A DNA stretch of 64,000 nucleotides from Bacillota bacterium (GTDB lineage: Bacteria; Bacillota; Clostridia; Christensenellales; SZUA-584): the NCBI GenBank assembly GCA_023408075.1, contig JAEYKW010000015.1, positions 319,170-383,169 on the forward strand. Reading direction: 5' to 3'. Of the stretch, positions 20,078-29,313 are shown in pieces. Position numbers and translations under genes: made by a program. The first letter of the stretch is position 1. The number at the start of each line of letters is the position of its first letter. Below the pieces are notes generated by a model. The model ran no database searches, was not told where the DNA came from, and worked only from the letters and a program-made list of their open reading frames with translations.

Positions 20078-20287
20078 AAACGTCCTTCCATACACATATG
20101 TCAATGCAATTAAACATATTATCGCTAATTATTTTCTGTTTTTCAATAACATTTTATCATGAAACTATTTTTTTGTCAGTGAATTTCTTATGAACACGCA
20201 TCCAGGGCTTAAACGTTGACGTTTGCATAAGTAAGTGCTAAAATTTTAATATTTGCTGGACCGAACAATTACGTGAAGGAGACTTTC

Positions 20288-21523
20288 ATGAACAAAAGAA
20301 GAATAGCCGCACTGCTGCTGTGTATTCCCCTTATTTTCTCCGGCGGCTGCAGCCTGATCGATATCGACCAGGAAAAGGTTGACGCGATTGAAAACGCAAA
20401 GGTGCTCGCCGAATATAAGGATACCGACATCACAAAGCAGCAGTTGGTGCAATATATGAGCCAGAACCTCGCTCAGCAGGGCACAACTTTGGAAGACGTC
20501 CAAGCGGACGAAACTTATTGGAAATCGTATCTCGACAGCGCTCTTAACGAGCTTGTCGTGAATGAAATCGCCATGGAAAAAGCGATAGAGCTTGGCTTTG
20601 ACCAGCTGACCGAAGACGAAAACAAGCAAATCGACGATGAGTATAACAACACCGTGGATTCGATCAAATCGTACGTCGATTATATTGCCAAGGCTGCGGT
20701 GGAAGATGATCCGACAAAAAACTATGACGAAGAGTATCAGAACGTCATGGCCATGTACTTTGACTCTTTGGGCTTCACACAGGAATCCTACCGGGATGAA
20801 GTCAAAAAGAAGTTCATACTCAAAAAGGTCTATGACGATGTCATCAAAGATATTGTGACCACCGACGAAGAGGTGAAGGAAAACTACGACAGCCAGATCA
20901 CCATTCAGCAGGGCAACCTTAAAAGTCAGCCGTCGTTTGTGGAGATGCAGGAGCAAATCGGCAGCAAGGTGCTCGTTTACCCCGAAGGCTATATGAACGT
21001 GCGCCATATCTATCTTGCTTTTGACGACGAAACAAAGAGCGCCGCCACCACGGCATTTGGCGAAGACAACACGAGTGAATACGATAAGCTGATCGGCGAC
21101 GGAAAAGCCGCTCTGAAGACAAAGATTGACGATATCCAGTCGCGTCTGAGCGCGGGCGAGGATTTTGGCAAGCTGATGGAGGAATACAACGAAGATTCCT
21201 CGTATTCCATTGAGCCGTACAGCACCGAAGGAACGGAAATCGGGCCGTACAAGAGCATTGATAACCCGGGTTATCTCGACGCTGTCGCCAAGCTCACCAA
21301 AGAAGGACAGGTCAGCGAGCCGCTCGTCAATTATAACGGTGTTTACTTTATTCAGTGTGTCAAGCTGCTTGCGGGCGTTGTGCCGTATGACGACGTGAAG
21401 GAAGAAATGACCGCCAATATGCTTGCGGGCAAACAGTCGACAGAATGGTCAACCGTCACCAAAGGCTGGACTGACGAAGCGAAATCGGCGGGTGTACTGA
21501 AAATGTATCCCGAGAGATATTAA
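20288..21523 (+). CDS. PrsA/SurA-like peptidyl-prolyl isomerase lipoprotein
   Basis: GAAGGAG RBS. Signal peptide with lipobox LIFSGGC. C-terminal parvulin-like region (VRHIYLAF...GVYFIQCVK). Confidence 0.7.
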   Translation: MNKRRIAALLLCIPLIFSGGCSLIDIDQEKVDAIENAKVLAEYKDTDITKQQLVQYMSQNLAQQGTTLEDVQADETYWKSYLDSALNELVVNEIAMEKAIELGFDQLTEDENKQIDDEYNNTVDSIKSYVDYIAKAAVEDDPTKNYDEEYQNVMAMYFDSLGFTQESYRDEVKKKFILKKVYDDVIKDIVTTDEEVKENYDSQITIQQGNLKSQPSFVEMQEQIGSKVLVYPEGYMNVRHIYLAFDDETKSAATTAFGEDNTSEYDKLIGDGKAALKTKIDDIQSRLSAGEDFGKLMEEYNEDSSYSIEPYSTEGTEIGPYKSIDNPGYLDAVAKLTKEGQVSEPLVNYNGVYFIQCVKLLAGVVPYDDVKEEMTANMLAGKQSTEWSTVTKGWTDEAKSAGVLKMYPERY

Positions 21524-21537
21524 TCAAAGCCTTTATC

Positions 21538-21564
21538 AGCGCCGCTCCAAGCGGCGCTTTTTTA
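21538..21564 (+). terminator. Rho-independent terminator
   Basis: AGCGCCGC-tccaa-GCGGCGCT followed by TTTTTT. Confidence 0.75.
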
Positions 21565-21876
21565 TTGGATTCCGGCCTATAAATCCACCGGTGTTGCCGT
21601 GCAAATAAGCAGCTTCTGCAGTCGCAGGAGAAAATGCGTGCTGTCAGCGTAAGCTTTAAAAGGGTATAAACGGCTGACCACACTGTCGGCGCTCCCCCCT
21701 ACAAAGCCACACGGGTACTGTCTGTCACATCGCTGCCTGCGCCCGAGGAGGTTCGATATTCCGCACCATATAAATTATGGTTTGTTTTGATTATCGGAAA
21801 ACAGATGTGAATGGCAGTTTGCAAATTATTCTATTGGTGGCATAATTGAAGGTATAAATTTTGAGGAGAGGCCTGC

Positions 21877-22989
21877 ATGGATATCATCCGGTATATCGAA
21901 ACACAGTTCGCACCGTTTTCAGATATTGCGTTCAACGCTGTGGACAGCCTGATTCTCTCTAAGCTTTCGTATATCCGCTTTGAAGGAATCGTCCCATTGC
22001 TATCTGACAGGAAAAAGAGCGTGAGTCTGACCGAGCTGCTCAAGGCCGAAGCCTTTGACTCCATGTTTTTGAATTTAAGCGACAGAGAAACCCATCTCAG
22101 ATTTCTTTTCGCGCTCGGATCCAGCCCGCGTTTTCGCCGCATCCAAATTAACTTCTATGCCGACCACTCGGACCCCGTGTCGGAAAAACAGTTTTCAGCC
22201 GTTACGTATCTGCTTGATGACGGGACGGCATACGCAGCTTTTCGCGGCACCGATTCCACATTTATCGGCTGGAAAGAGGATTTCAACATGGCCTATTTAA
22301 GCCCGGTTCCGTCGCAGCAAGACGCTGTCCGGTACCTAAATGCAGTCGCAAAACGCATCCACTGGTTTATGCCCGTCAGAATCGGCGGGCATTCGAAGGG
22401 CGGCAACCTTGCGGTATACGCCGCAATCAAATGCAAGCTCCCCGTCCAAAAGCGCATCATCGGCGTCTACAACCACGACGGCCCGGGGTTTAAAGACAGC
22501 CTGTTCGACTCTCCTGAGTTTTTGCGCATACAACACCGCATCCACACCACGCTGCCCGAATCGTCGCTCGTGGGCCTGCTGCTGCAGCAGCATGACGGAT
22601 ATGCGGTGGTCAAAAGCAGCCGACGCGGCATCAAGCAGCACGACCCCTTTTCATGGATCGTTGGCGGAAGCGATTTTATTTATGCAGAAGAGCTCAAGAG
22701 CGGCGCAAGACTGCGCAATAAGACTCTGGACGATTGGCTGGAGACACTCACGGACGAAAAGCGCAAGCTCTTCATCAATACCCTGTTCGATGTGCTGGAC
22801 GCCACGGAGGTGGATACGCTTCACGAGCTGTCTCAGGAGTGGCACAAAAGCGCGACATCCATACTTTACGCGATTAAAAGTATAGATCCGGAAACACGCC
22901 GGTTTGTTTTTCAAGCCGTCACCGAATATGCAAAGATGTCGCTTAAAAACCGTTTCAAGTCAAAAAAAGACGACGTACCTGAGGCTTAA
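21877..22989 (+). CDS. DUF2974 (Mbeg1-like) alpha/beta-hydrolase family protein
   Basis: AFRGTDSTFIGWKEDF and the nucleophile-elbow-like GGHSKGGNLA, as I recall for DUF2974. Confidence 0.7.
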   Translation: MDIIRYIETQFAPFSDIAFNAVDSLILSKLSYIRFEGIVPLLSDRKKSVSLTELLKAEAFDSMFLNLSDRETHLRFLFALGSSPRFRRIQINFYADHSDPVSEKQFSAVTYLLDDGTAYAAFRGTDSTFIGWKEDFNMAYLSPVPSQQDAVRYLNAVAKRIHWFMPVRIGGHSKGGNLAVYAAIKCKLPVQKRIIGVYNHDGPGFKDSLFDSPEFLRIQHRIHTTLPESSLVGLLLQQHDGYAVVKSSRRGIKQHDPFSWIVGGSDFIYAEELKSGARLRNKTLDDWLETLTDEKRKLFINTLFDVLDATEVDTLHELSQEWHKSATSILYAIKSIDPETRRFVFQAVTEYAKMSLKNRFKSKKDDVPEA

Positions 22990-22998
22990 AAAAAGCTC

Positions 22999-24225
22999 TC
23001 AGATAAACCCCGTGTATTTTTGTTTCAAGGCCAGTATGCGGCGGACGCTCTCCTCGAGCCGTTCGCGCGTTAAGCGCCCGTCCTGCACCGCCTGATTCAG
23101 CGAGTCAAGAACGTCCTTTTGCAAGCTCACATGCTTGCCGATCAATACGACATCGCCGCCCGCCAGGATGTGCCGCACAGCGCCTTCTCCCACCGTGCAC
23201 TGAGACTTTAAGCCCTGCATGCGCATATCGTCCGAAACCACAACGCCTTGAAAGCCCATTGTTTCGCGCAGCAGCCCCGTGATGACTGCGGGTGAAAGCG
23301 ACGTGATCGACTCGCTGTCGATCTGCGGATACGACAGATGCGCCACCAGCATCGCATCGATGCCTTCGTTAACGGCAGCCGCGAACGGAACCAGCGAATA
23401 GCCTGTCATCTCCTCCAATGACACATTGATGACAGGCAGCGTCTGATGAGAATCTTCGTTGGTATAGCCGTGTCCCGGAAAATGTTTGCCGAGCGAAGCG
23501 GTTCCGCCGTCGTGAAGGCCCTTCACAGCCTGACGTATCAGCACAGAAACCTGCTCCGCATCGCTGCCGAACATGCGCTTGGCCAGGAATGTGGACGACG
23601 GATCGTGCGCGATATCGAGCACCGGCGCAAAATCGATCATGATGCCGGTTTCTTTGAGCTTCTGTCCGATTTCTTTGTATTGCTCGTACACCAGCTGCGC
23701 GTCGTTCTTTTTTCCGAGCGTGCGGGCCGAATTAATTCTGGGCTTCCACTGCCCTTTAAACCTTTCGACTGTGCCGCCCTCCACATCAAGGCCGATCATG
23801 ACCGGTATCCCCTTGGTACCGTACCCTTGAATTTTATCTGTCAGCGCTTTTGTCTGCTCAAATGTCTTGGTGTTCCACCCGAAAAGCATCACGTTGCCGA
23901 TGCTGTAATCGCGCATCAGCTGTGCGCTTTCACTCTGCATATCCTCCGTGCCTTCAAAGCCGATCATCACCATCTGCCCAATCAGCTCCTGATCACTCAT
24001 GGACGCGATCAGGCTATCGATCGGTTCCGGTGTGGGCGCGGGTGTGGGCACCGGAGTTGGTATGGGTGTCGGTTCCGGTGTGGGCACCGGTGTCGGCACG
24101 GGGGTGGCTGCAGCCGCCGTTTCCGGCACCACAGTGACGGTTAAGCCATGAGGTGCACACGCCGCAGAAAATATGATAATTGCCAGCAACCCTGCCAGAC
24201 AAAAGGTTTTGATTCTCTTTACCAT
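22999..24225 (-). CDS. Glycoside hydrolase family 3 (beta-N-acetylhexosaminidase-like) lipoprotein with a Pro/Thr linker
   Basis: Signal/lipobox IIFSAAC, linker TPVPTPVPTPEPTPIPTPVPTPAPTPEP, GH3 N-domain motif KHFPGHG. Confidence 0.85.
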   Translation of the reverse strand: MVKRIKTFCLAGLLAIIIFSAACAPHGLTVTVVPETAAAATPVPTPVPTPEPTPIPTPVPTPAPTPEPIDSLIASMSDQELIGQMVMIGFEGTEDMQSESAQLMRDYSIGNVMLFGWNTKTFEQTKALTDKIQGYGTKGIPVMIGLDVEGGTVERFKGQWKPRINSARTLGKKNDAQLVYEQYKEIGQKLKETGIMIDFAPVLDIAHDPSSTFLAKRMFGSDAEQVSVLIRQAVKGLHDGGTASLGKHFPGHGYTNEDSHQTLPVINVSLEEMTGYSLVPFAAAVNEGIDAMLVAHLSYPQIDSESITSLSPAVITGLLRETMGFQGVVVSDDMRMQGLKSQCTVGEGAVRHILAGGDVVLIGKHVSLQKDVLDSLNQAVQDGRLTRERLEESVRRILALKQKYTGFI

Positions 24226-24664
24226 TTGCATTCCCAAGCCCGCATTTTTATTTTGGCTGGTTTAACGATCCGTCATCGTTGAAGGATCAAACCGGCAGCC
24301 AATTTGCCGGGCTTACAGTCAGCTTTCGCTTTTCCCATCATACCATCCATTTTCTTCATATGGCAACTTATTTGCGCTGTATCGCGAAGACTTTACAAAA
24401 TCTGAAATATCGTATATAATCAATTTTGTTGTATTATAAGTACCGTTTGCGCAGCCGCGCGAAGCATTCCATAAGAATTGCACTTAACAAGTCGTATTTT
24501 TAATACACCCAGCATGGGAATTGAGACCCGTGCGGCGTAACGGGGCTTTCCGGCTCCGGCGTGAAAGATGCGAACTTGTGGCGTAATAACAAATTCGAAA
24601 GACTTTGCTATATCGGCATGGTCTTTGTTTTTTATGTGAACACCGGAAAAGAAATGAGGTAAAT

Positions 24665-25768
24665 TTGAAATACTTTGAACTGCTTTCCGAAGAGATGAAA
24701 GCAACGCTGCTAAAAGCGGGCTTTACCACACCCACCCCCATTCAGCAAAAAACACTTGAGCTGATTTTCGGCGGATGGGACATCATGGGCATTGCCCAGA
24801 CAGGAACGGGCAAGACGGCCGCCTTTGCCGTGCCCATTATTGAAAAGACGATTTTGAACAACTCCAAGACGCAGACGCTGGTGCTTTGCCCCACACGCGA
24901 GCTCGCCTTGCAGATCACGGAAGTGTTCCGCATACTGTCGGCGCATAAAAAGATGCGCATCGTCAGCGTTTACGGCGGGCAGGCCGCGAGCGTACAGATT
25001 CGTGCGCTGCGCGCGGGCGCGCAGATCGTTGTGGGCACACCGGGCCGCATAAAAGACCTGATTGGCCGCAACGTGTTGAAGCTGCAAAACATACGTACTG
25101 TGGTGCTTGATGAGGCCGACGAGATGCTGAGCTTCGGGTTTCTGCCGGACATCCGCGCGATACTCTCCTATGTGAAGGGCGATCACCAAACGCTGCTGTT
25201 CTCGGCCACGATGAACAAGGCGGTCTCGGCCATTGTCAAGGAATTCCAGACCGATGCTGTGCGCATTGAGATCGGTGAGCGCAACGAGCCTGCGGCAACC
25301 GTCAGACAGTCTTATCTGTCCGTCGGCTCACGCAACAAATGCAAGGCGGTGCAGCATCTGATACAGAAGGAAAGCCCGCGCCTCGCGCTCGTGTTCTGCA
25401 ACACAAAGCGGCAGGTGAAGTCAGTACAGCGGATGCTCAATGAACAGGGGCTGCCCGCAGGATGCCTGCACGGCGATTTGAGCCAGAACCAGCGCGACAA
25501 CGAGATGAACGCCTTCCGCAAAGGTAAAACCAACGTGATGGTCGCGACGGACGTTGCGGCGCGCGGTATTGACGTAAGAGAAATCGATCTGGTGATTAAC
25601 TACGATATTCCCGACAAGATGGAATATTACGTGCACCGTATCGGCCGGACGGGCCGCGCGGGCGACGCAGGCCGCGCATGTACGCTCGTCTCCCCGCTGG
25701 ACACGGGCCGCATCGCGGAGATCGAGCGGCATTTCCGCGTAACGATCACCGAAGAAAAGGCTGTGTAA
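24665..25768 (+). CDS. DEAD-box ATP-dependent RNA helicase
   Basis: Q-motif region (F..GFTTPTPIQ), AQTGTGKT, DEAD, SAT, HRIGRTGRAG. A TTG start at 24665 after GAGG is needed to keep the Q-motif. Confidence 0.9.
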   Translation: MKYFELLSEEMKATLLKAGFTTPTPIQQKTLELIFGGWDIMGIAQTGTGKTAAFAVPIIEKTILNNSKTQTLVLCPTRELALQITEVFRILSAHKKMRIVSVYGGQAASVQIRALRAGAQIVVGTPGRIKDLIGRNVLKLQNIRTVVLDEADEMLSFGFLPDIRAILSYVKGDHQTLLFSATMNKAVSAIVKEFQTDAVRIEIGERNEPAATVRQSYLSVGSRNKCKAVQHLIQKESPRLALVFCNTKRQVKSVQRMLNEQGLPAGCLHGDLSQNQRDNEMNAFRKGKTNVMVATDVAARGIDVREIDLVINYDIPDKMEYYVHRIGRTGRAGDAGRACTLVSPLDTGRIAEIERHFRVTITEEKAV

Positions 25769-25776
25769 GAACGATG

Positions 25777-25805
25777 AAAGCCGTCCAAGCGGACGGCTTT
25801 TTTTG
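25777..25805. terminator. Bidirectional rho-independent terminator
   Basis: AAAGCCGTCC-aagc-GGACGGCTTT followed by a T-run, with an A-run on the other side. It lies between convergent genes. Confidence 0.75.
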
Positions 25806-25811
25806 ATTGCG

Positions 25812-25868
25812 TTATTTCACAGATTTATTGTCGTTCTTCTTTTTCTTCTTATCCTTATTTTTAGCCAT
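25812..25868 (-). CDS. Candidate 18-aa lysine-rich micro-ORF (MAKNKDKKKKKNDNKSVK)
   Basis: GGAGGG then 7 nt then ATG on the minus strand. Below the ORF-track size cutoff. Confidence 0.25.
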   Translation of the reverse strand: MAKNKDKKKKKNDNKSVK

Positions 25869-25880
25869 ACTCATACCCTC

Positions 25881-26027
25881 CTATTTCTTCGGATGTGGTC
25901 CGAGGGACACCTTATGACTGTCATCCTTGATGTCTTTGGCATTGCTGTCCACCATATCTTTCGCATCCGGCAAAATGACCGGATTTGCGATGATATTCGG
26001 ATTTATGATTCGTCTTTTCTTTGACAT
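25881..26027 (-). CDS. Candidate 48-aa small basic protein (MSKKRRIINPNIIANPVILPDAKDMVDSNAKDIKDDSHKVSLGPHPKK)
   Basis: GAAGAGGTG RBS 6 nt upstream of ATG 26027. Divergent from the CotJC-like gene. Below the ORF-track cutoff. Confidence 0.3.
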   Translation of the reverse strand: MSKKRRIINPNIIANPVILPDAKDMVDSNAKDIKDDSHKVSLGPHPKK

Positions 26028-26191
26028 ATGCATCACCTCTTCGAGTTATTATGTCCAATCTGTTCAAAATATACAACTGCCTTTCTGTGTGGCCATCATC
26101 GAAGAGAAAAACGTGGACTTTTTATTTTCTGTCTTCTGTAAAACGCAAAGCAGCCATATGAATGTATCGTATGGAATTCATGGAGGAACTT

Positions 26192-26713
26192 ATGTCTTGC
26201 TTCTTCTTCGACTGTGATGTGTTCAACCGATATGCCGTTGATCTGCCGTATCCGCAGGTTCGTATCTGCGAACCAAATGAGCGTTTTGCGACGCTTATTT
26301 CCGGCGCTTATGCGGGCGAAGGGTCTGAGACGACCGCCATTACCCAGTATGCGTCGCACCGCTATTTTACGACCGACTACCCAGACGCCTTTGTCGCCTA
26401 CAAGTACATCGCGTTCGTGGAAATGATTCATTTTAATCTGCTCGGCACCCTCATCAAGCGGCTCGGGTATGCGCCGCTGATCGGTTCCTATGAAACAAAC
26501 CAATACTGGAACGGCAGCTTTCCTTCGTATCAATATGTCTTGAAAGACATTCTGGATTCGGATATTGAGGGCGAACAAGCCGCCATTGCCCATTACACGC
26601 GGCTCATCAGCGAGATTGACGACGCAAGCTTTCAGGCGCTGTTCGCGCGCATTATACTGGATGAGAAGAAGCATATTGAAATCCTGAACGGATTGTACAC
26701 ACAATACTTATAG
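26192..26713 (+). CDS. Ferritin-like / manganese-catalase family protein (CotJC-like spore protein)
   Basis: GGAGGAACTT-ATG at 26192. Di-metal helices (GEGSETTAITQY, FVEMIHFNLL, IEGEQAAIAHY, DEKKHIE). Confidence 0.6.
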   Translation: MSCFFFDCDVFNRYAVDLPYPQVRICEPNERFATLISGAYAGEGSETTAITQYASHRYFTTDYPDAFVAYKYIAFVEMIHFNLLGTLIKRLGYAPLIGSYETNQYWNGSFPSYQYVLKDILDSDIEGEQAAIAHYTRLISEIDDASFQALFARIILDEKKHIEILNGLYTQYL

Positions 26714-26861
26714 CATTTGTTCCCGTTAGTAAAATTTTATTGCAGTATAATTCATGGTAAACTATATCAAATAAAAACCCCGAATCTTATTCGAATCGAG
26801 GCTTCAAATTATTACTGCGAATCTCTGAACTATTGACTGCAAATAAGACGACTTTTCAGCC

Positions 26862-27716
26862 TCAGATATTCACAAACCCGAAAGTCATCTTATCAGGGTC
26901 GGAGCCGTATCTTTTGTTTTGATTCAGCCCGTCGATAGCCGCCATATCGCCGTCCGACAGCGCAAAATCAAAGATATCGGCATTCTCAATGATGCGCTGC
27001 TTCTTCACCGATTTCGGTATAATCGAAATCCCGTGCTGCAAATGCCACCGCAGCACAGCCTGTGCGGCACTCTTGCCGTATTTTTCGCCGATGGCCGAAA
27101 GTATTTCCGGCGCTTCGCTTATGTGCCCGTGGAATATCGGGCCCCACGCCGTCACGATGATGCCTTTCTCCTTCGCGTACTGCCGCAGCTCTTCCTGCGT
27201 ATTAAACGGATGCAGCTCCACCTGATCAACGCTCGGCACAACGCCGTGCGCCACAATCAGTTCGTCTATATGGTGCGGCTTAAAATTGCTGACGCCCACG
27301 CTGCGCACCTTCTGCTTATGCTTGAGCTCAAGCATCGCCTCCCATGTGGCCAACCTGTCGTCTCTGTTGAGCCCCGGCCAGTGAATCAAATAGAGGTCGA
27401 TATAATCCATGTCCAGCGCTTTGAGGCTGTTCTCACAGGCCTTTATCGTGCTCTGATAGCCTTGGTCGGCATTCCACAGCTTGGTTGTCAAAAAGAGCTG
27501 TTCACGCGCGACGCCGCTTTCACGTACCGCCTTGCCCACGCCCGCCTCGTTTTTATAAATTGCCGCCGTGTCCACGAGCCGGTAGCCGGCTTCAAGCGCC
27601 CAGCGGACACTGTTCTCCACTTCCTGTCCTTCCTGCGCCAAATACACGCCGAGCCCGAACCACGGCATCTGTACGCCGTCATTGAGCACGGCCTTATCCT
27701 GTAAATCAAAACTCAT
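26862..27716 (-). CDS. Aldo/keto reductase (2,5-diketo-D-gluconate reductase-like)
   Basis: LVDTAAIYKNE, LDYIDLYLIHWP and IPKSVKKQRIIEN motifs. Confidence 0.9.
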   Translation of the reverse strand: MSFDLQDKAVLNDGVQMPWFGLGVYLAQEGQEVENSVRWALEAGYRLVDTAAIYKNEAGVGKAVRESGVAREQLFLTTKLWNADQGYQSTIKACENSLKALDMDYIDLYLIHWPGLNRDDRLATWEAMLELKHKQKVRSVGVSNFKPHHIDELIVAHGVVPSVDQVELHPFNTQEELRQYAKEKGIIVTAWGPIFHGHISEAPEILSAIGEKYGKSAAQAVLRWHLQHGISIIPKSVKKQRIIENADIFDFALSDGDMAAIDGLNQNKRYGSDPDKMTFGFVNI

Positions 27717-27861
27717 CGAAATTTCCTTTCATGCATTCAGTGTCTGCAACAGTATGGCTTTAAAATCTGTTGACGACATGATACTGCAAATATAATGAGA
27801 TGTCTATTATTCGCGGCTTTGATATAACAAAACCCTTAAGCAAGTTTGCCTAAGGGCTTAC

Positions 27862-27911
27862 GCCTGGTGACCCACCGGAGATTCGAACTCCGGACACCTT
27901 GATTAAAAGTC
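27862..27911. repeat. Prophage attachment site, left copy (orphan 3' fragment of tRNA-Lys)
   Basis: 50/50 identical to 62096..62145. It contains the T-arm, acceptor 3' strand and CCA but no 5' half, so it is not a functional tRNA. Confidence 0.9.
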
Positions 27912-28033
27912 TCCATTTCTCTAAATCATGAAAACCGCATCATGAAGCGAAAATCCCTTTATAAAGCCATTTCATCGGCCTTTTAATGCTTTCAATACTT
28001 GCATTATTTACATCGCTTTTTATGTTTTACTGT

Positions 28034-28058
28034 TTCTGATGCAGTAAAAATGCAGTAA
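28034..28058. repeat. 25-bp direct repeat TTCTGATGCAGTAAAAATGCAGTAA, left copy (candidate integrase arm-type site)
   Basis: Identical to 61992..62016. It carries the internal tandem ATGCAGTAAA x2 and lies 122 bp inside the left att copy. Confidence 0.5.
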
Positions 28059-28062
28059 AAAA

Positions 28063-28461
28063 TCACGAGTATTGTTGTTGATCGATTCTATGGTACTGCC
28101 CGGTGAATATGAGTTCATATGCGATCTCGTCTGCCCGTTCCTCGGAGTGATCTCCCTCGTATGAAATAGCATAATGGTGCCCCATCTCATGGGCCAGAAT
28201 ATATAGCAGATCAATTGCGTCTTGGTCGATGTATATTTCTTTGCTTGCTTCAAAGTATACGCCAAAAGCTGTTTCATGTCCATGCTGTTTCGCAATCGGC
28301 TCAAGGTCCTCATTTGATACAACATATACCGGTACGCCCTCTTTCTCAGCTAACTTAAGAATGTCCGCAGTACCAATCGGACAGCTTACAAACATAAAGA
28401 AACAGATGGCCAGCGCCAATGTTAAGAGAAAAGCGATAACATACGGAATTTTAATCCTCAT
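28063..28461 (-). CDS. Membrane-anchored/secreted HExxH metallopeptidase-like protein (ImmA/IrrE-like motif), prophage cargo
   Basis: MRIKIPYVIAFLLTLALAICFFMFVSC N-terminal anchor. ILAHEMGHHY followed by SEERADEIAYELIF, spaced like the M78 HExxH...E..A..(F/I)A motif. Confidence 0.5.
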   Translation of the reverse strand: MRIKIPYVIAFLLTLALAICFFMFVSCPIGTADILKLAEKEGVPVYVVSNEDLEPIAKQHGHETAFGVYFEASKEIYIDQDAIDLLYILAHEMGHHYAISYEGDHSEERADEIAYELIFTGQYHRIDQQQYS

Positions 28462-28576
28462 ATTTCCATACCCCTCAATATTACTTCTATCATCTTTCGA
28501 GTACAAAAAAAGGGACTCCAAGCAGATGCCTGAAGTCCACTTTTTCAAGGACGTGCCGGGAGGAATCAAGTCGGCA

Positions 28577-29053
28577 CTATCCCTCATCATCAGTTTTGCT
28601 TGTCTCGGATATGTATGCTTTATCTGCCACTTTGCCTGCCTTCAGCCGGTCGATCAAGTCATGCACAAAGCCGCTGCCGCCGCCCACCGCAACGCCGGTC
28701 ACGATCTGACCAGCAACATAAGACGCGGGCGTGAACCCGGTTAAGCCGAGTGCCTCAAAGATATTAACCTGGAACAAAATGCAGAGCGTGATGCCGATCC
28801 CGGACGATACCGCAAACCACACAATAGGCCACGCTTTACCGGGAGGACGCGGCGCCGCAGAATTTGCCGCTGCCTTAATCATATCCACAACTTTTTCAAC
28901 GATGACGGCCAGCAGAACCACGGCTGCGACGTCGTCAAGCGAAGATGCGATACTGACCACGCCGACATCCGCCGCAAAAGCGACGGGAATAAAAATGACC
29001 ATCAGGACGATGGCCAGCAGAACTGTGATGATTACCATCTTTGTTTTTTTCAT
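28577..29053 (-). CDS. Putative holin (multi-TM membrane protein)
   Basis: Three to four hydrophobic helices and a charged C-terminus, immediately downstream of the endolysin and a small TM protein. Confidence 0.5.
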   Translation of the reverse strand: MKKTKMVIITVLLAIVLMVIFIPVAFAADVGVVSIASSLDDVAAVVLLAVIVEKVVDMIKAAANSAAPRPPGKAWPIVWFAVSSGIGITLCILFQVNIFEALGLTGFTPASYVAGQIVTGVAVGGGSGFVHDLIDRLKAGKVADKAYISETSKTDDEG

Positions 29054-29060
29054 AGGATAC

Positions 29061-29300
29061 CTACCTTTCATTTCTTATTTCATCAATGCGATGGTGTGCA
29101 GATTTAGTGCTTTCCTCGCATATAACTAACCGCTCTTTAATTGCATTGCTTTTATCTTGCTTTGATTCGAGCCGTTGAATGTCGCCTTGGATTGCCGCGA
29201 TTTGTGCGGATGTTTTCCCGCTCCAGCGCCCAACCAGCGCAACGTTTACTCCGATGCTGATCAAGATACCGACAAACGCAATGATTGCCGTTATATCCAT
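29061..29300 (-). CDS. Small lysis-cassette membrane protein (N-terminal TM plus coiled coil)
   Basis: MDITAIIAFVGILISIGVNVALV TM, then a heptad-like region. Sits between the endolysin and the holin. Confidence 0.4.
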   Translation of the reverse strand: MDITAIIAFVGILISIGVNVALVGRWSGKTSAQIAAIQGDIQRLESKQDKSNAIKERLVICEESTKSAHHRIDEIRNER

Positions 29301-29313
29301 GCGTCACTTCCTG

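Noticed and set aside
24020-24110. Short periodic DNA repeats (ggtgtgggc / ggttccggt-type), and a similar tract at 56370..56500. Considered as a possible CRISPR or tandem-repeat locus.
   Set aside because: They encode Pro/Thr/Glu linkers of two lipoproteins in frame. There is no repeat-spacer architecture and there are no cas genes in the window.
26787-26801. 15-mer ttattcgaatcgagg shared with 49494..49508.
   Set aside because: A few 15-mer coincidences are expected in 64 kb on two strands. The flanks do not align.
27862-27911. tRNA-like sequence at the left prophage end, considered as a second tRNA-Lys gene.
   Set aside because: Only the 3' 47 nt of the tRNA are present, with no D-arm or anticodon arm. 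It is the displaced att half-site.
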